Positions 16,582 to 24,313 of a stretch of 35,126 bases of DNA are shown here, piece by piece; positions within the stretch are counted from its first letter, which is position 1; the number at the start of each line of letters is the position of its first letter. The position numbers and the translations under genes were made by a program. The notes under the pieces were generated by a model that saw nothing but the letters and a program-made list of their open reading frames with translations, ran no database searches and had not been told where the DNA came from. The DNA comes from SAR324 cluster bacterium (GTDB lineage Bacteria > SAR324 > NAC60-12): the NCBI GenBank assembly GCA_022448705.1, contig JAKUUF010000001.1, positions 1-35,126 of the forward strand. The letters run 5' to 3'.

Positions 16582-18339
16582 TTACATTCGCTCCGGGGGT
16601 GTAATTCCCAAAAGATTCAAACCCTGCTGCAGAGTTTCTGCAACACAATGAAACAGCAATAACCTTGCGGCCTTAAGCTGTTCAGTTTCGGCATGCATTA
16701 CAGAACATGTGTTGTAGGCCCTGCTGAAATCCTTTGAAAATTCATATAACATCCTGGCCAGCAGTGAAGGCCGAAACTGTTCTCCGGCATTAAAAACAGT
16801 TTTGTTAAAATCCAGCATCTGCCTCAAAAGCTTTTTTTCATTAGGGTGTGTTAAAAGAGAAAAATCAACATCAGGACTGACTTTGCGTGAAATTTTCCGT
16901 CCGATGCTCCGGATACGAACATACGCATAGACCAGATAGGTTCCTGTGTCTCCCTCGGAAACAAGCCAGTCGTCCATTGAAAACACGATATTTTTGTTTG
17001 AGTCCTGGTTCAGCATTCCGTATTTTATTGCAGCAACTGCAATTTTCTGGGATGTTTCATCCAGTTCTTTCCTGCTCCATTCTTTACGATGTTCTTCCAG
17101 ATGAGTGGACTGTATGCTCTCAACAATTTCTTTGCGTAATTGTGAGAATAGAATTACATTTCCCTCACGCGAACTCATTTTACCTTCGGGCAGCATAACC
17201 AGGGCGTAAGGCAAATGAAAACACTGTTCCGCCTGCTTGTAGCCCATTCGTTTAAGTGTGGCAAAAACCTGTTTAAAATGAAGTGTCTGCTCTGCACCAA
17301 CAACATAGATGGATCGCTTCACGTCGAAATTGTCAAATTTTTGCCTTGCGAGGGCCAGATCTTTGGTGGAATAAAGTGTATTACCATCCGATTTCAGCAG
17401 CATGAAAAAACCGAGTCCTTCTTCATCAAGATCGATTCCAATCGCACCTTCAGATTTCTTAAATATTCCATTTTTTTCCCCTTCAATTACAATTTTCCTG
17501 CCTTCTTCATCCACCTCAGATTCATAGAAGAAATGATCAAATTTTACATCAAGCCACTCATAGATTTCATGAAAGTCCTTCATTGACCACTCACGAGTAG
17601 TTTCCCATTCTTGATAAATTTCCTCATCCTTTTCATCAATTTTTCGAAGTAACTGACTCAGCTCATCCTGGAAACTGATTTTTTCCTGACCCTCCGCGGC
17701 CTCAAGTTTTCTTACTGCATTTGCATACAGTTCCCCTAACCATTCTCCGGGATAGTTTTCAGGTGGATCTTCTGTGTTATGGTTCTTCAAATACCATAAA
17801 CATTTAGCGATATGAGAACCAATGTCTCCTATGTAGTTTGCGCCAACAACATCATAACCATTGTAAAGGTAAATTCGGCAAAGGCTGTCTCCAAGAGCCA
17901 CATTGCGCAAATGACCGACATGGAAACCTTTGTGAGTATTCGGCTGAGAATATTCAATCATCACCTTCTCACGTTTTATACTGGAAGGCTCCTTGAAATA
18001 ATTACCGTGGAAAATATCTGGCAGGACTGCTTCCGCAACAGCAGCTGCAGAAACTGTGAAGTTCAGATAAGGCCCTCTTGCCTGGATATGGGTAAAGGGG
18101 GCATTCGGCAAAAGGTGCTTTTGAAGTTTGTCCGCCAGCTCTGAAGCAATTACAGCTGGAGAACGACGAAGGGTCTTGGAAAAGCTGAAACAGGGGAGTG
18201 CATAATCACCAAGTTCGGGATTCGGAGGCTGCTCAATCAAGCCTGTGATTTCTGAAGAGTCCCAGGCTTCATTTTTGTATTCTGTTGTTAGTATGCTGGC
18301 CGTCCAGTCATTGATCGTCTGTTCGAAAATATTCATCAA
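16582..18339 (-). CDS. argS: arginine--tRNA ligase
   Basis: 585 aa. Class I HIGH motif as NTHKGFHVGHLRN, plus the typical ArgRS N-terminal add-on and C-terminal anticodon-binding (DALR-like) region. Confidence 0.95.
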   Translation of the reverse strand: MMNIFEQTINDWTASILTTEYKNEAWDSSEITGLIEQPPNPELGDYALPCFSFSKTLRRSPAVIASELADKLQKHLLPNAPFTHIQARGPYLNFTVSAAAVAEAVLPDIFHGNYFKEPSSIKREKVMIEYSQPNTHKGFHVGHLRNVALGDSLCRIYLYNGYDVVGANYIGDIGSHIAKCLWYLKNHNTEDPPENYPGEWLGELYANAVRKLEAAEGQEKISFQDELSQLLRKIDEKDEEIYQEWETTREWSMKDFHEIYEWLDVKFDHFFYESEVDEEGRKIVIEGEKNGIFKKSEGAIGIDLDEEGLGFFMLLKSDGNTLYSTKDLALARQKFDNFDVKRSIYVVGAEQTLHFKQVFATLKRMGYKQAEQCFHLPYALVMLPEGKMSSREGNVILFSQLRKEIVESIQSTHLEEHRKEWSRKELDETSQKIAVAAIKYGMLNQDSNKNIVFSMDDWLVSEGDTGTYLVYAYVRIRSIGRKISRKVSPDVDFSLLTHPNEKKLLRQMLDFNKTVFNAGEQFRPSLLARMLYEFSKDFSRAYNTCSVMHAETEQLKAARLLLFHCVAETLQQGLNLLGITPPERM

Positions 18340-18360
18340 TGTTCAAGCGACAAATATTGA

Positions 18361-18409
18361 GAAAAAAGGTTGATCACAGGAAACAGCAAACTGGCATTTC
18401 TCCTGTGAT
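18361..18409 (-). terminator. intrinsic terminator downstream of infA
   Basis: 9-bp perfect stem ATCACAGGA (18373-18381) / TCCTGTGAT (18401-18409). On the minus-strand RNA the hairpin is followed by CAACCUUUUUUC (plus-strand A-run 18362-18367). Confidence 0.55.
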
Positions 18410-18433
18410 GGTAATATTTATATCCCTGTGCTC

Positions 18434-18655
18434 TTATTCATCAACCTTTTCCCGCCGCACTATTCTGCCGCGATTCAGATCATAAGGAGAAAGTTCAATT
18501 GTGACTGTATCTCCAGGAAGTACACGGATTTTGTACATTTTCATTTTTCCAGATAAATGGCCTATAACTACATGATCATTTTCCAGTTTCACTCGAAAAA
18601 TACCTTTGGAAGACTCGATAACTGTCCCTTCGACCTCTAGTTTATCTTCACTCAA
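18434..18655 (-). CDS. infA: translation initiation factor IF-1
   Basis: 73 aa: ...[63 protein letters not shown], the canonical IF-1 S1-fold sequence. The start codon is TTG, preceded by AAAGGAG with an 8-nt spacing. Confidence 0.95.
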   Translation of the reverse strand: MSEDKLEVEGTVIESSKGIFRVKLENDHVVIGHLSGKMKMYKIRVLPGDTVTIELSPYDLNRGRIVRREKVDE

Positions 18656-18724
18656 ACGTTATGCTCCTTTTTTAAATTATTTACAGTTTATGCATTAGTT
18701 GTATTCAATGATTATGCAGCCCTA

Positions 18725-18752
18725 ATTCTAATTTAGTTAATAATAATTTCAA
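18725..18752 (-). promoter_or_regulatory. candidate sigma-70 promoter for infA (TTGAAA-N16-TAGAAT)
   Basis: The minus strand reads TTGAAA (18752-18747), a 16-nt spacer, then TAGAAT (18730-18725), about 70 nt upstream of the infA start. The tRNA-Gln promoter candidate has the same hexamers and spacing. Confidence 0.45.
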
Positions 18753-18790
18753 GTGATTTGAAGAATTTAGAGTTTTGTGATTCAAAAAAT

Positions 18791-18836
18791 AATATTTTGA
18801 TTGCAAAAGTTAATATTTTGATTGCAAAAGTTAATA
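18791..18836. repeat. perfect tandem direct repeat, 21-bp unit AATATTTTGATTGCAAAAGTT x2 plus a 4-nt partial third copy
   Basis: 18791-18811 and 18812-18832 are identical, and 18833-18836 (AATA) begins a third copy. Each unit contains the palindrome TTGCAA. It lies in the infA/dgt divergent intergenic region. Confidence 0.9.
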
Positions 18837-18951
18837 ACAATTTACTCATCAATTAACGTGAAAAAAACAATCCAATAAATTATAATTTTCTTCTAAAATT
18901 TGAAGTAAAGATCATATTAATTTTTAAACAATTACACAATGGGATATTAGA

Positions 18952-20271
18952 ATGAGCCCATGGAAAGAACGCCGTGCTCCCTGTGGTTTGCAGCGCCCTA
19001 ACGATCAGCGTGAAGAATTTGAACGTGACAGGGCACGAGTGATACACTCTTCAGCCTTCAGGAGGCTGCAGGCAAAAACACAAATTCTAGGTGTATTAGA
19101 GGGTGATTTTCATCGTACACGTCTGACTCATTCAATGGAAGTTGCCCAGATCGGACGTGGCCTGGTATTGAATCTTGCGAATCGATACCCTCACCTGAAA
19201 GACTTACTTCCTCCTCTGGAACAGATTGAAACCAATGGACTTGCCCATGATTTGGGCCACCCGCCTTTCGGTCATGGTGGGGAAATTGCGTTAAATTATG
19301 TAATGTATGGTTTTGGAGGATTTGAAGCTAATGGTCAGACATTGCGGATTCTCTCCACGCTGGAATCACACACCCCCGAATATGGATTAGATTTGACACG
19401 GCGAAGTTTGCTGGGAATATTGAAATATCCTGTTCCATATTCAAGACTTTGCCGAAAAAAACCCCCGGAAGAAAATGGCTCAGATAATGAATCAATTGCA
19501 CTGCAGGGCTGGCAGCCTCCAAAATGCTATCTTGATACTGAAGAGAAAGTATTAGATTGGGTTTTAGCCCCTCTCACTGATACTGACAGAGAGCTATTCT
19601 GCGAGCAAAACAATCCAACTGAATATAATCATGGTTATCCCCTGCACAAAGCTCTTGATACTTCTTTGATGAATCTTGCTGATGATATTGCCTACGGCGT
19701 TCATGATTTTGAAGATGGAATAGTTTTAAGATTGCTAACCCGTGAGCACTGGCAGACTGTGGTCAGTAATATGGATCAAAAATGGGCTGCCGATAAAAAC
19801 CTGTTAGAAATTGAAAATCAGCTTTTCAATTCTACAGAGAACTCTGGACACAGTCGTAAGCAAGCAGTTGGAGCACTGGTTCATGGACTTGTTTCATCAG
19901 TTGAATTAGAACAAAATGAAAAGTTTGAAGAACCACTTCTGCAATGGAATGCCGTACTGCCGCAAGAACCGGATAATTTTCTAAAGTCGCTTCAGGAAAC
20001 GGTATGGCGCAACGTGATCCAGCTGAACACAGTTCAGGCTGCAACATACAAGGGCCGTAAAATTGTTCTTTCAATTTTTGAAGCATTATCATCTGACCCT
20101 GAAATGCTATTACCAAGATCCTTTCAAAGCTTGTGGAAATCAGCAAAAAGTGAGCAGGAACAAAAAAGAATAATTTGTGATTACATTGCAGGCATGACTG
20201 ACCAGTACGCAAATCGATTTTATCAGCGACTGTTTCTTCCCGGACATGGATCCGTGTTTGACAGGTTATGA
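18952..20271 (+). CDS. dgt: dGTPase-family (deoxyguanosinetriphosphate triphosphohydrolase-like) HD-domain protein
   Basis: REEFERDRARVIHSSAFRRLQAKTQI, RLTHSMEVAQIGR, HDLGHPPFGH, DDIAYGVHDFEDG and ICDYIAGMTDQYA are hallmark Dgt-family motifs. Confidence 0.9.
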   Translation: MSPWKERRAPCGLQRPNDQREEFERDRARVIHSSAFRRLQAKTQILGVLEGDFHRTRLTHSMEVAQIGRGLVLNLANRYPHLKDLLPPLEQIETNGLAHDLGHPPFGHGGEIALNYVMYGFGGFEANGQTLRILSTLESHTPEYGLDLTRRSLLGILKYPVPYSRLCRKKPPEENGSDNESIALQGWQPPKCYLDTEEKVLDWVLAPLTDTDRELFCEQNNPTEYNHGYPLHKALDTSLMNLADDIAYGVHDFEDGIVLRLLTREHWQTVVSNMDQKWAADKNLLEIENQLFNSTENSGHSRKQAVGALVHGLVSSVELEQNEKFEEPLLQWNAVLPQEPDNFLKSLQETVWRNVIQLNTVQAATYKGRKIVLSIFEALSSDPEMLLPRSFQSLWKSAKSEQEQKRIICDYIAGMTDQYANRFYQRLFLPGHGSVFDRL

Positions 20272-20346
20272 AATAATCATGTGCAAATGTTTTTATCACA
20301 TGACCAGAAATAAACTTAATACCAAACCAAAAACAAAAAACCCAGT

Positions 20347-21531
20347 GTGCTGCCTGTAAGAAGACATACCAGGACTGTTTCAATTGGATCCATCAAGATC
20401 GGCGGGACTGAACCGATACGGATACAGTCAATGCTGACTTGTGATACCACAGATGTTGATGCATGCATTGAGGAAATAACACGATTGGACGCGGTGGATT
20501 GTGAAATCATCCGCTTAACTGTTCCAAATCAAAAATCAGTTGACAGCGTGCCTTTGATTCGTGAGGAAATGAGGAAGAGGGGCATTGAAAGACCTATTGT
20601 TGCAGATGTGCATTTTAATCCAAAACTGGCTGTAAATGTCTGTGAATTTGTGGACAAGGTACGCATCAATCCGGGTAATTATGCAGACAGGAAAAAATTT
20701 GAAGTCCGTGAGTACACAGACGCTCAGTACCAGGAAGAACTGGATCGAATTGAGCAGAAATTAATTCCGTTGATTAAAAACCTGAAAAAATATGGGAATT
20801 CATTGAGGGTTGGTACTAACCACGGCTCACTATCGGACCGCCTGATGAACCGTTATGGAGATACTCCAGAGGGAATGGTTGAATCAGCTATGGAGTTTTT
20901 GCGTATACTGAGAAAGCATGATTTTGAAGAAACTGTTTTATCGATGAAATCTTCAAATCCCAAGGTGATGATCGAGGCATATCGTCAGCTTGTGCAAAAA
21001 ATGGAAAAGGAAGATATGCATTATCCACTGCACTTGGGAGTTACTGAAGCAGGCAATGAGCTGGATGGGCGTATAAAAAGTGCAATTGGAATCGGCACCC
21101 TGCTTTGTGAGGGACTGGGAGACACTATCAGGGTTTCACTTACAGAGCCTTCTGAAAATGAAATTCCTGTTGCCAAGTCAATTTTACAGTCAACACGATC
21201 ACGCATTTATAACACCGATTTTATTTCCTGCCCTTCCTGCGGCAGAACTTTTTTTGACTTGGCAAGTACGACAGAGAAAATAAAGGCACGCACTTCTCAT
21301 CTAAAAGGCGTGAAAATAGCAATCATGGGATGTGTGGTCAATGGTCCGGGTGAAATGGCAGATGCAGATTTTGGCTACGTTGGTTCTGGTCCAGACAAGA
21401 TAAATTTATTTCACGGGAAAACATGCGTAAGCCGTAACATCCCTGCAGACCATGCAGTGGAACGTTTAATCGAACTCATCCAGGAGTGTGGAATGTGGTC
21501 TGATCCACCTGAAAACAATCAAATATTATAA
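20347..21531 (+). CDS. ispG: 4-hydroxy-3-methylbut-2-en-1-yl diphosphate synthase (flavodoxin), MEP pathway
   Basis: RRHTRTVSIGSIKIGG..PIRIQSM, ADVHFN, VRINPGN, HLGVTEAG and the C-terminal Fe-S cysteines ISCPSCGR...GCVVNGPGE. GTG start. Confidence 0.95.
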   Translation: MLPVRRHTRTVSIGSIKIGGTEPIRIQSMLTCDTTDVDACIEEITRLDAVDCEIIRLTVPNQKSVDSVPLIREEMRKRGIERPIVADVHFNPKLAVNVCEFVDKVRINPGNYADRKKFEVREYTDAQYQEELDRIEQKLIPLIKNLKKYGNSLRVGTNHGSLSDRLMNRYGDTPEGMVESAMEFLRILRKHDFEETVLSMKSSNPKVMIEAYRQLVQKMEKEDMHYPLHLGVTEAGNELDGRIKSAIGIGTLLCEGLGDTIRVSLTEPSENEIPVAKSILQSTRSRIYNTDFISCPSCGRTFFDLASTTEKIKARTSHLKGVKIAIMGCVVNGPGEMADADFGYVGSGPDKINLFHGKTCVSRNIPADHAVERLIELIQECGMWSDPPENNQIL

Positions 21532-21547
21532 AAAACAGTACTTTAAT

Positions 21548-21730
21548 ATGGACATACTGTTAAACCAAATAATCATATTCCTTACTGAAAATCATTTGGT
21601 TATAATTCCATTGCTTGCAGTTTTTTCAGCAGCATTGGCATTACTTGCATGGAAGCAGATAAAGCAGGGATGGAGATTCTATTTCAGCAAACGCAGACTT
21701 ATTGCGCAATTAAGAGAAAAAAAACTTTAA
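21548..21730 (+). CDS. possible small single-TM protein (60 aa)
   Basis: MDILLNQIIIFLTENHLVIIPLLAVFSAALALLAWKQIKQGW... has one hydrophobic helix followed by a basic tail. No homology recognised. Confidence 0.3.
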   Translation: MDILLNQIIIFLTENHLVIIPLLAVFSAALALLAWKQIKQGWRFYFSKRRLIAQLREKKL

Positions 21731-21741
21731 ACTGAAACATT

Positions 21742-22440
21742 TTACCTCGGACCGAAAATAGCAGTTCCCAGCCGGATCATAGTTGCACCTTCCTGAATTG
21801 CCCATTGAAAATCAGCAGTCATGCCCATTGAAAGCTCATTAATTTCCGGAGCACAAAGCTCCTTTTGCAGCTGATCTCTCCACATTCTGAGTTTCTCAAA
21901 TATTTTGCGGGTAGAAGCTTCTCCAAGATCTGGTTCAGGTATTGTCATCAGTCCCCTTAATTTTATCCAATGCCCCGCATGCAATGTTTCCGCAAGTTGA
22001 AACAGCTCAACCAATTGCTGAACTCCGAATTTGCTTTTTTCCTGTGAAAGATTAACCTGTATCAGCACATTTATATTTTGCTGTTTTAAAGCACAACGTT
22101 CTTCTAATTTTTTGGCTAATTCAATAGAATCAATGGAATGAATCCACTGGAAGTTTCCTGGACAAAACTTTACTTTGTTTTTTTGCAAGTGCCCTATCAT
22201 ATGCCATTCAATGTTATCAATATTGTTCAATGCAGACATCTTATTGATAGCCTCCTGAACCATATTTTCACCAAATGCAGTATGATTTGCCAATACAGCC
22301 TCATTAATCATTGCAGCAGGTTTTGTTTTACTGACAGCAATAAGTTGAATTTCTTCGGGAGAGCGTCCGGCCTCGGTTGCCGCCTGGCTTAACTGCTGCC
22401 GAACAACAGCCAAATTATCTTTAATGGAAGCCTTGCTCAT
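21742..22440 (-). CDS. yggS: YggS-family pyridoxal-phosphate homeostasis protein
   Basis: LIAVSKTKP (PLP lysine), FGENMVQE, WHMIGHLQKNK, LSMGMTADF and IRLGTAIFG are typical YggS/PROSC motifs. Confidence 0.9.
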   Translation of the reverse strand: MSKASIKDNLAVVRQQLSQAATEAGRSPEEIQLIAVSKTKPAAMINEAVLANHTAFGENMVQEAINKMSALNNIDNIEWHMIGHLQKNKVKFCPGNFQWIHSIDSIELAKKLEERCALKQQNINVLIQVNLSQEKSKFGVQQLVELFQLAETLHAGHWIKLRGLMTIPEPDLGEASTRKIFEKLRMWRDQLQKELCAPEINELSMGMTADFQWAIQEGATMIRLGTAIFGPR

Positions 22441-22454
22441 TTTCCAATTTTCAA

Positions 22455-23246
22455 ATGAATAAAGAAACTTTGCTTGACAAATTATTGGTTAAGTTATTCA
22501 GGATTCCTGCAATAAAATATTACTGGGACAGAAACTATAAAGAACTCGAAATTAAGAATATCCCCTGGACAAAACTGGAAAAACCTCTTAAGGATTGCAA
22601 AATAGTACTAATCACAACAGGCGGAATCCATTTGAAATCCGATAAAGAATTTGATCTGAGTGATCCTAATGGTGACTCTACATTTCGCAGAATCCCGTAT
22701 GATACCAATTTTAAGGATTTGATCATCACGCATAAATATTATGACCACCATGATGCGGATCGTGATCCAAACCTGATCCTGCCCATTGAGGTTTTAAGTG
22801 AATTGCAGTCTGAAGGCATAGTAGGACCTTCCTGCGAAAATCATTACAGCTTCATGGGACATATCGAGGAACCTCATTTAACAACATTAATCCAAAAAAG
22901 CTCAGTTGAAGCAGCAAAAGAAATCAGGCAACAAAAAGCTGACATTGCCTTACTGGTTCCCGCTTGAGGCATCTGCAACCAGACGGTCGGTCTGGTCCAG
23001 CGTGAAGTAGAACGACAAGGAATTTCTACAGTGGGAATCTCAATTGCCCGCAGCGTGAGTGAATCTGTCAAACCTCCACGGACCTATTACCTTAAATACC
23101 CTTTTGGTCACGCCATGGGCGAAGCATTCAATAGGCCTCAGCAAAAAAAGATTTTCCTTGATTGCCTGAAAATTCTGGAAACAGCAACTGAACCTGGAAA
23201 AATCTTTGACAGCCAGTACCGGTGGAAAAGACACAAGTTCGAATAG
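22455..23246 (+). CDS. PrdB/GrdB-family (D-proline/glycine reductase subunit B-like) selenoprotein; in-frame TGA at 22965-22967 read as selenocysteine (residue 171)
   Basis: Track ORFs 22455-22967 and 23031-23246 share a frame, and no other stop lies between them. Read-through gives ...ADIALLVPA-U-GICNQTVGLVQREVERQGISTVGISIA... This parallels the PrdB region I recall as ...VVMTAGUGTCHRSAVIVQRAIEEAGIPTI. Upstream, ITHKYYDHHDADRDPNLILPIEVLSELQSEGIV parallels PrdB VSHGGYDNGDVNRDVNCMFPIDALHELAAEGFI. A SECIS-like hairpin follows the TGA. Confidence 0.85.
22979..22995 (+). promoter_or_regulatory. bacterial SECIS-like hairpin directing Sec insertion at UGA 22965-22967
   Basis: CCAGAC-GGUCG-GUCUGG: a 6-bp perfect stem, or 7 bp with the A22978-U22996 pair. 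It starts 11 nt after the UGA. The apical loop begins GGUC, as in the E. coli fdhF SECIS minihelix. Confidence 0.7.
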
Positions 23247-23282
23247 GGCGAATACAAAACTGACTTTAGCTTTCATCAGGGC

Positions 23283-23942
23283 TTAATCCTTTTGTAATTC
23301 TGCTTTCCAGAGTCCCACCTGTTTTTCCCTTGCTTCATTCTCCGCCGCAAGAAATTCCTGGTGCTCAGGTGGAGGCTCCTCCCCCAGCAGATAAAATGAC
23401 CAGCCATTCCGGATTAACCATACATTTATATTTGTGTCACCTGACCAGAGTATCCCATCAAGCCGATACAGTTTTTCAGAATAATCATAAACGACTCTTA
23501 CCTGCCTGTTATAGAACATTTTTTGCAGTTCATATGCGGATTTTTTCAGGAACCATTCATTATATTCTTTGCCATGACTTACCGAAAGCTTTGGTGACAC
23601 ATATTTCAGCCAAACCCGGACCTCCTGGCGCTGCAGGTTTAGATTCTTCTTGGAAAGTTTGAATGTCCATTTTCTGTATTTTGAGCGATTATCAATTCGA
23701 ATCCACACACTCTCAGAATCAGTGACCCTGCTGAAAATTCCTGAAAACATTTTTTCACTGACTTTACTGAGAGTTTTTGACTTTTTTCTCTCATCCATAC
23801 GGTCGTATAGTTTTTTTCGTATCGATTCCGTTTTTAATAAGTTGCTTTGTGCCATTACAAACTGTTCCTGCCCTAACAGACTTATAAAGAAAATTAAGTT
23901 TGCTGTTATTATAATTCTGCAAAAAATCATTATTCTCACCAA
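23283..23942 (-). CDS. secreted staphylococcal-nuclease (SNase/thermonuclease)-like domain protein, possibly non-catalytic
   Basis: Signal/anchor N-terminus. RVTDSESVWIRID, VRVWLKYVSPK, YRLDGILWSGDTNINVWLIRNGWS and AENEAREKQVGLWK follow the SNase fold pattern. The canonical DTPE looks replaced by VSPK. Confidence 0.5.
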   Translation of the reverse strand: MVRIMIFCRIIITANLIFFISLLGQEQFVMAQSNLLKTESIRKKLYDRMDERKKSKTLSKVSEKMFSGIFSRVTDSESVWIRIDNRSKYRKWTFKLSKKNLNLQRQEVRVWLKYVSPKLSVSHGKEYNEWFLKKSAYELQKMFYNRQVRVVYDYSEKLYRLDGILWSGDTNINVWLIRNGWSFYLLGEEPPPEHQEFLAAENEAREKQVGLWKAELQKD

Positions 23943-24313
23943 TTTCTTTATGTATTGAAACAGAATCTACAGGTATGTTGCTCAGAATACCATGATTCTG
24001 CAAAAATCTAACCGATTTGCTTAAGTAAGCAGCAAATATATAGTTGAATTTTTATATGCATGGTATTGGAGATGCAATAAGTTTGCATGTGTTGCCTTAT
24101 TTCAGATAAAGTACCAGAATTGCTTCGTGTTTCATAAAATGGAGCTGCGTATTTTGCGTCCCCACAGAATTACATCCAGGTTGAGCCGTCCAATTTTGGC
24201 GTTTTGATTTTTCTCCGCCAAATATGAGCCAATTATCTTTATTCACTTATACCAAACCAAATCAACACCTGAAGACATCCAGGACTGGATTAAACAAACA
24301 TTATTTGTGCCTA

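Noticed and set aside
19832-20383. 183-aa minus-strand ORF inside dgt (and the similar 129-aa ORF at 11973-12362 inside the RSH gene)
   Set aside because: Both are antisense to strongly supported genes, with no recognisable motifs or ribosome-binding context.
22965-22967. Genome-wide TGA reassignment (code 4/25) as an explanation for the in-frame TGA
   Set aside because: TGA cleanly terminates mtnN (16053-16055), dgt (20269-20271) and the 26846-27595 gene. TAA and TAG also terminate many conserved genes. The UxxC context and the downstream hairpin point to site-specific selenocysteine.
24224-24313. 30-codon N-terminal extension of lptD from the ATG at 24224
   Set aside because: The extension (MSQLSLFTYTKPNQHLKTSRTGLNKHYLCL) would bury the signal peptide that starts at M31 (24314). 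An outer-membrane protein needs an exposed signal peptide, so the internal ATG is preferred. Neither start has a clear Shine-Dalgarno sequence.
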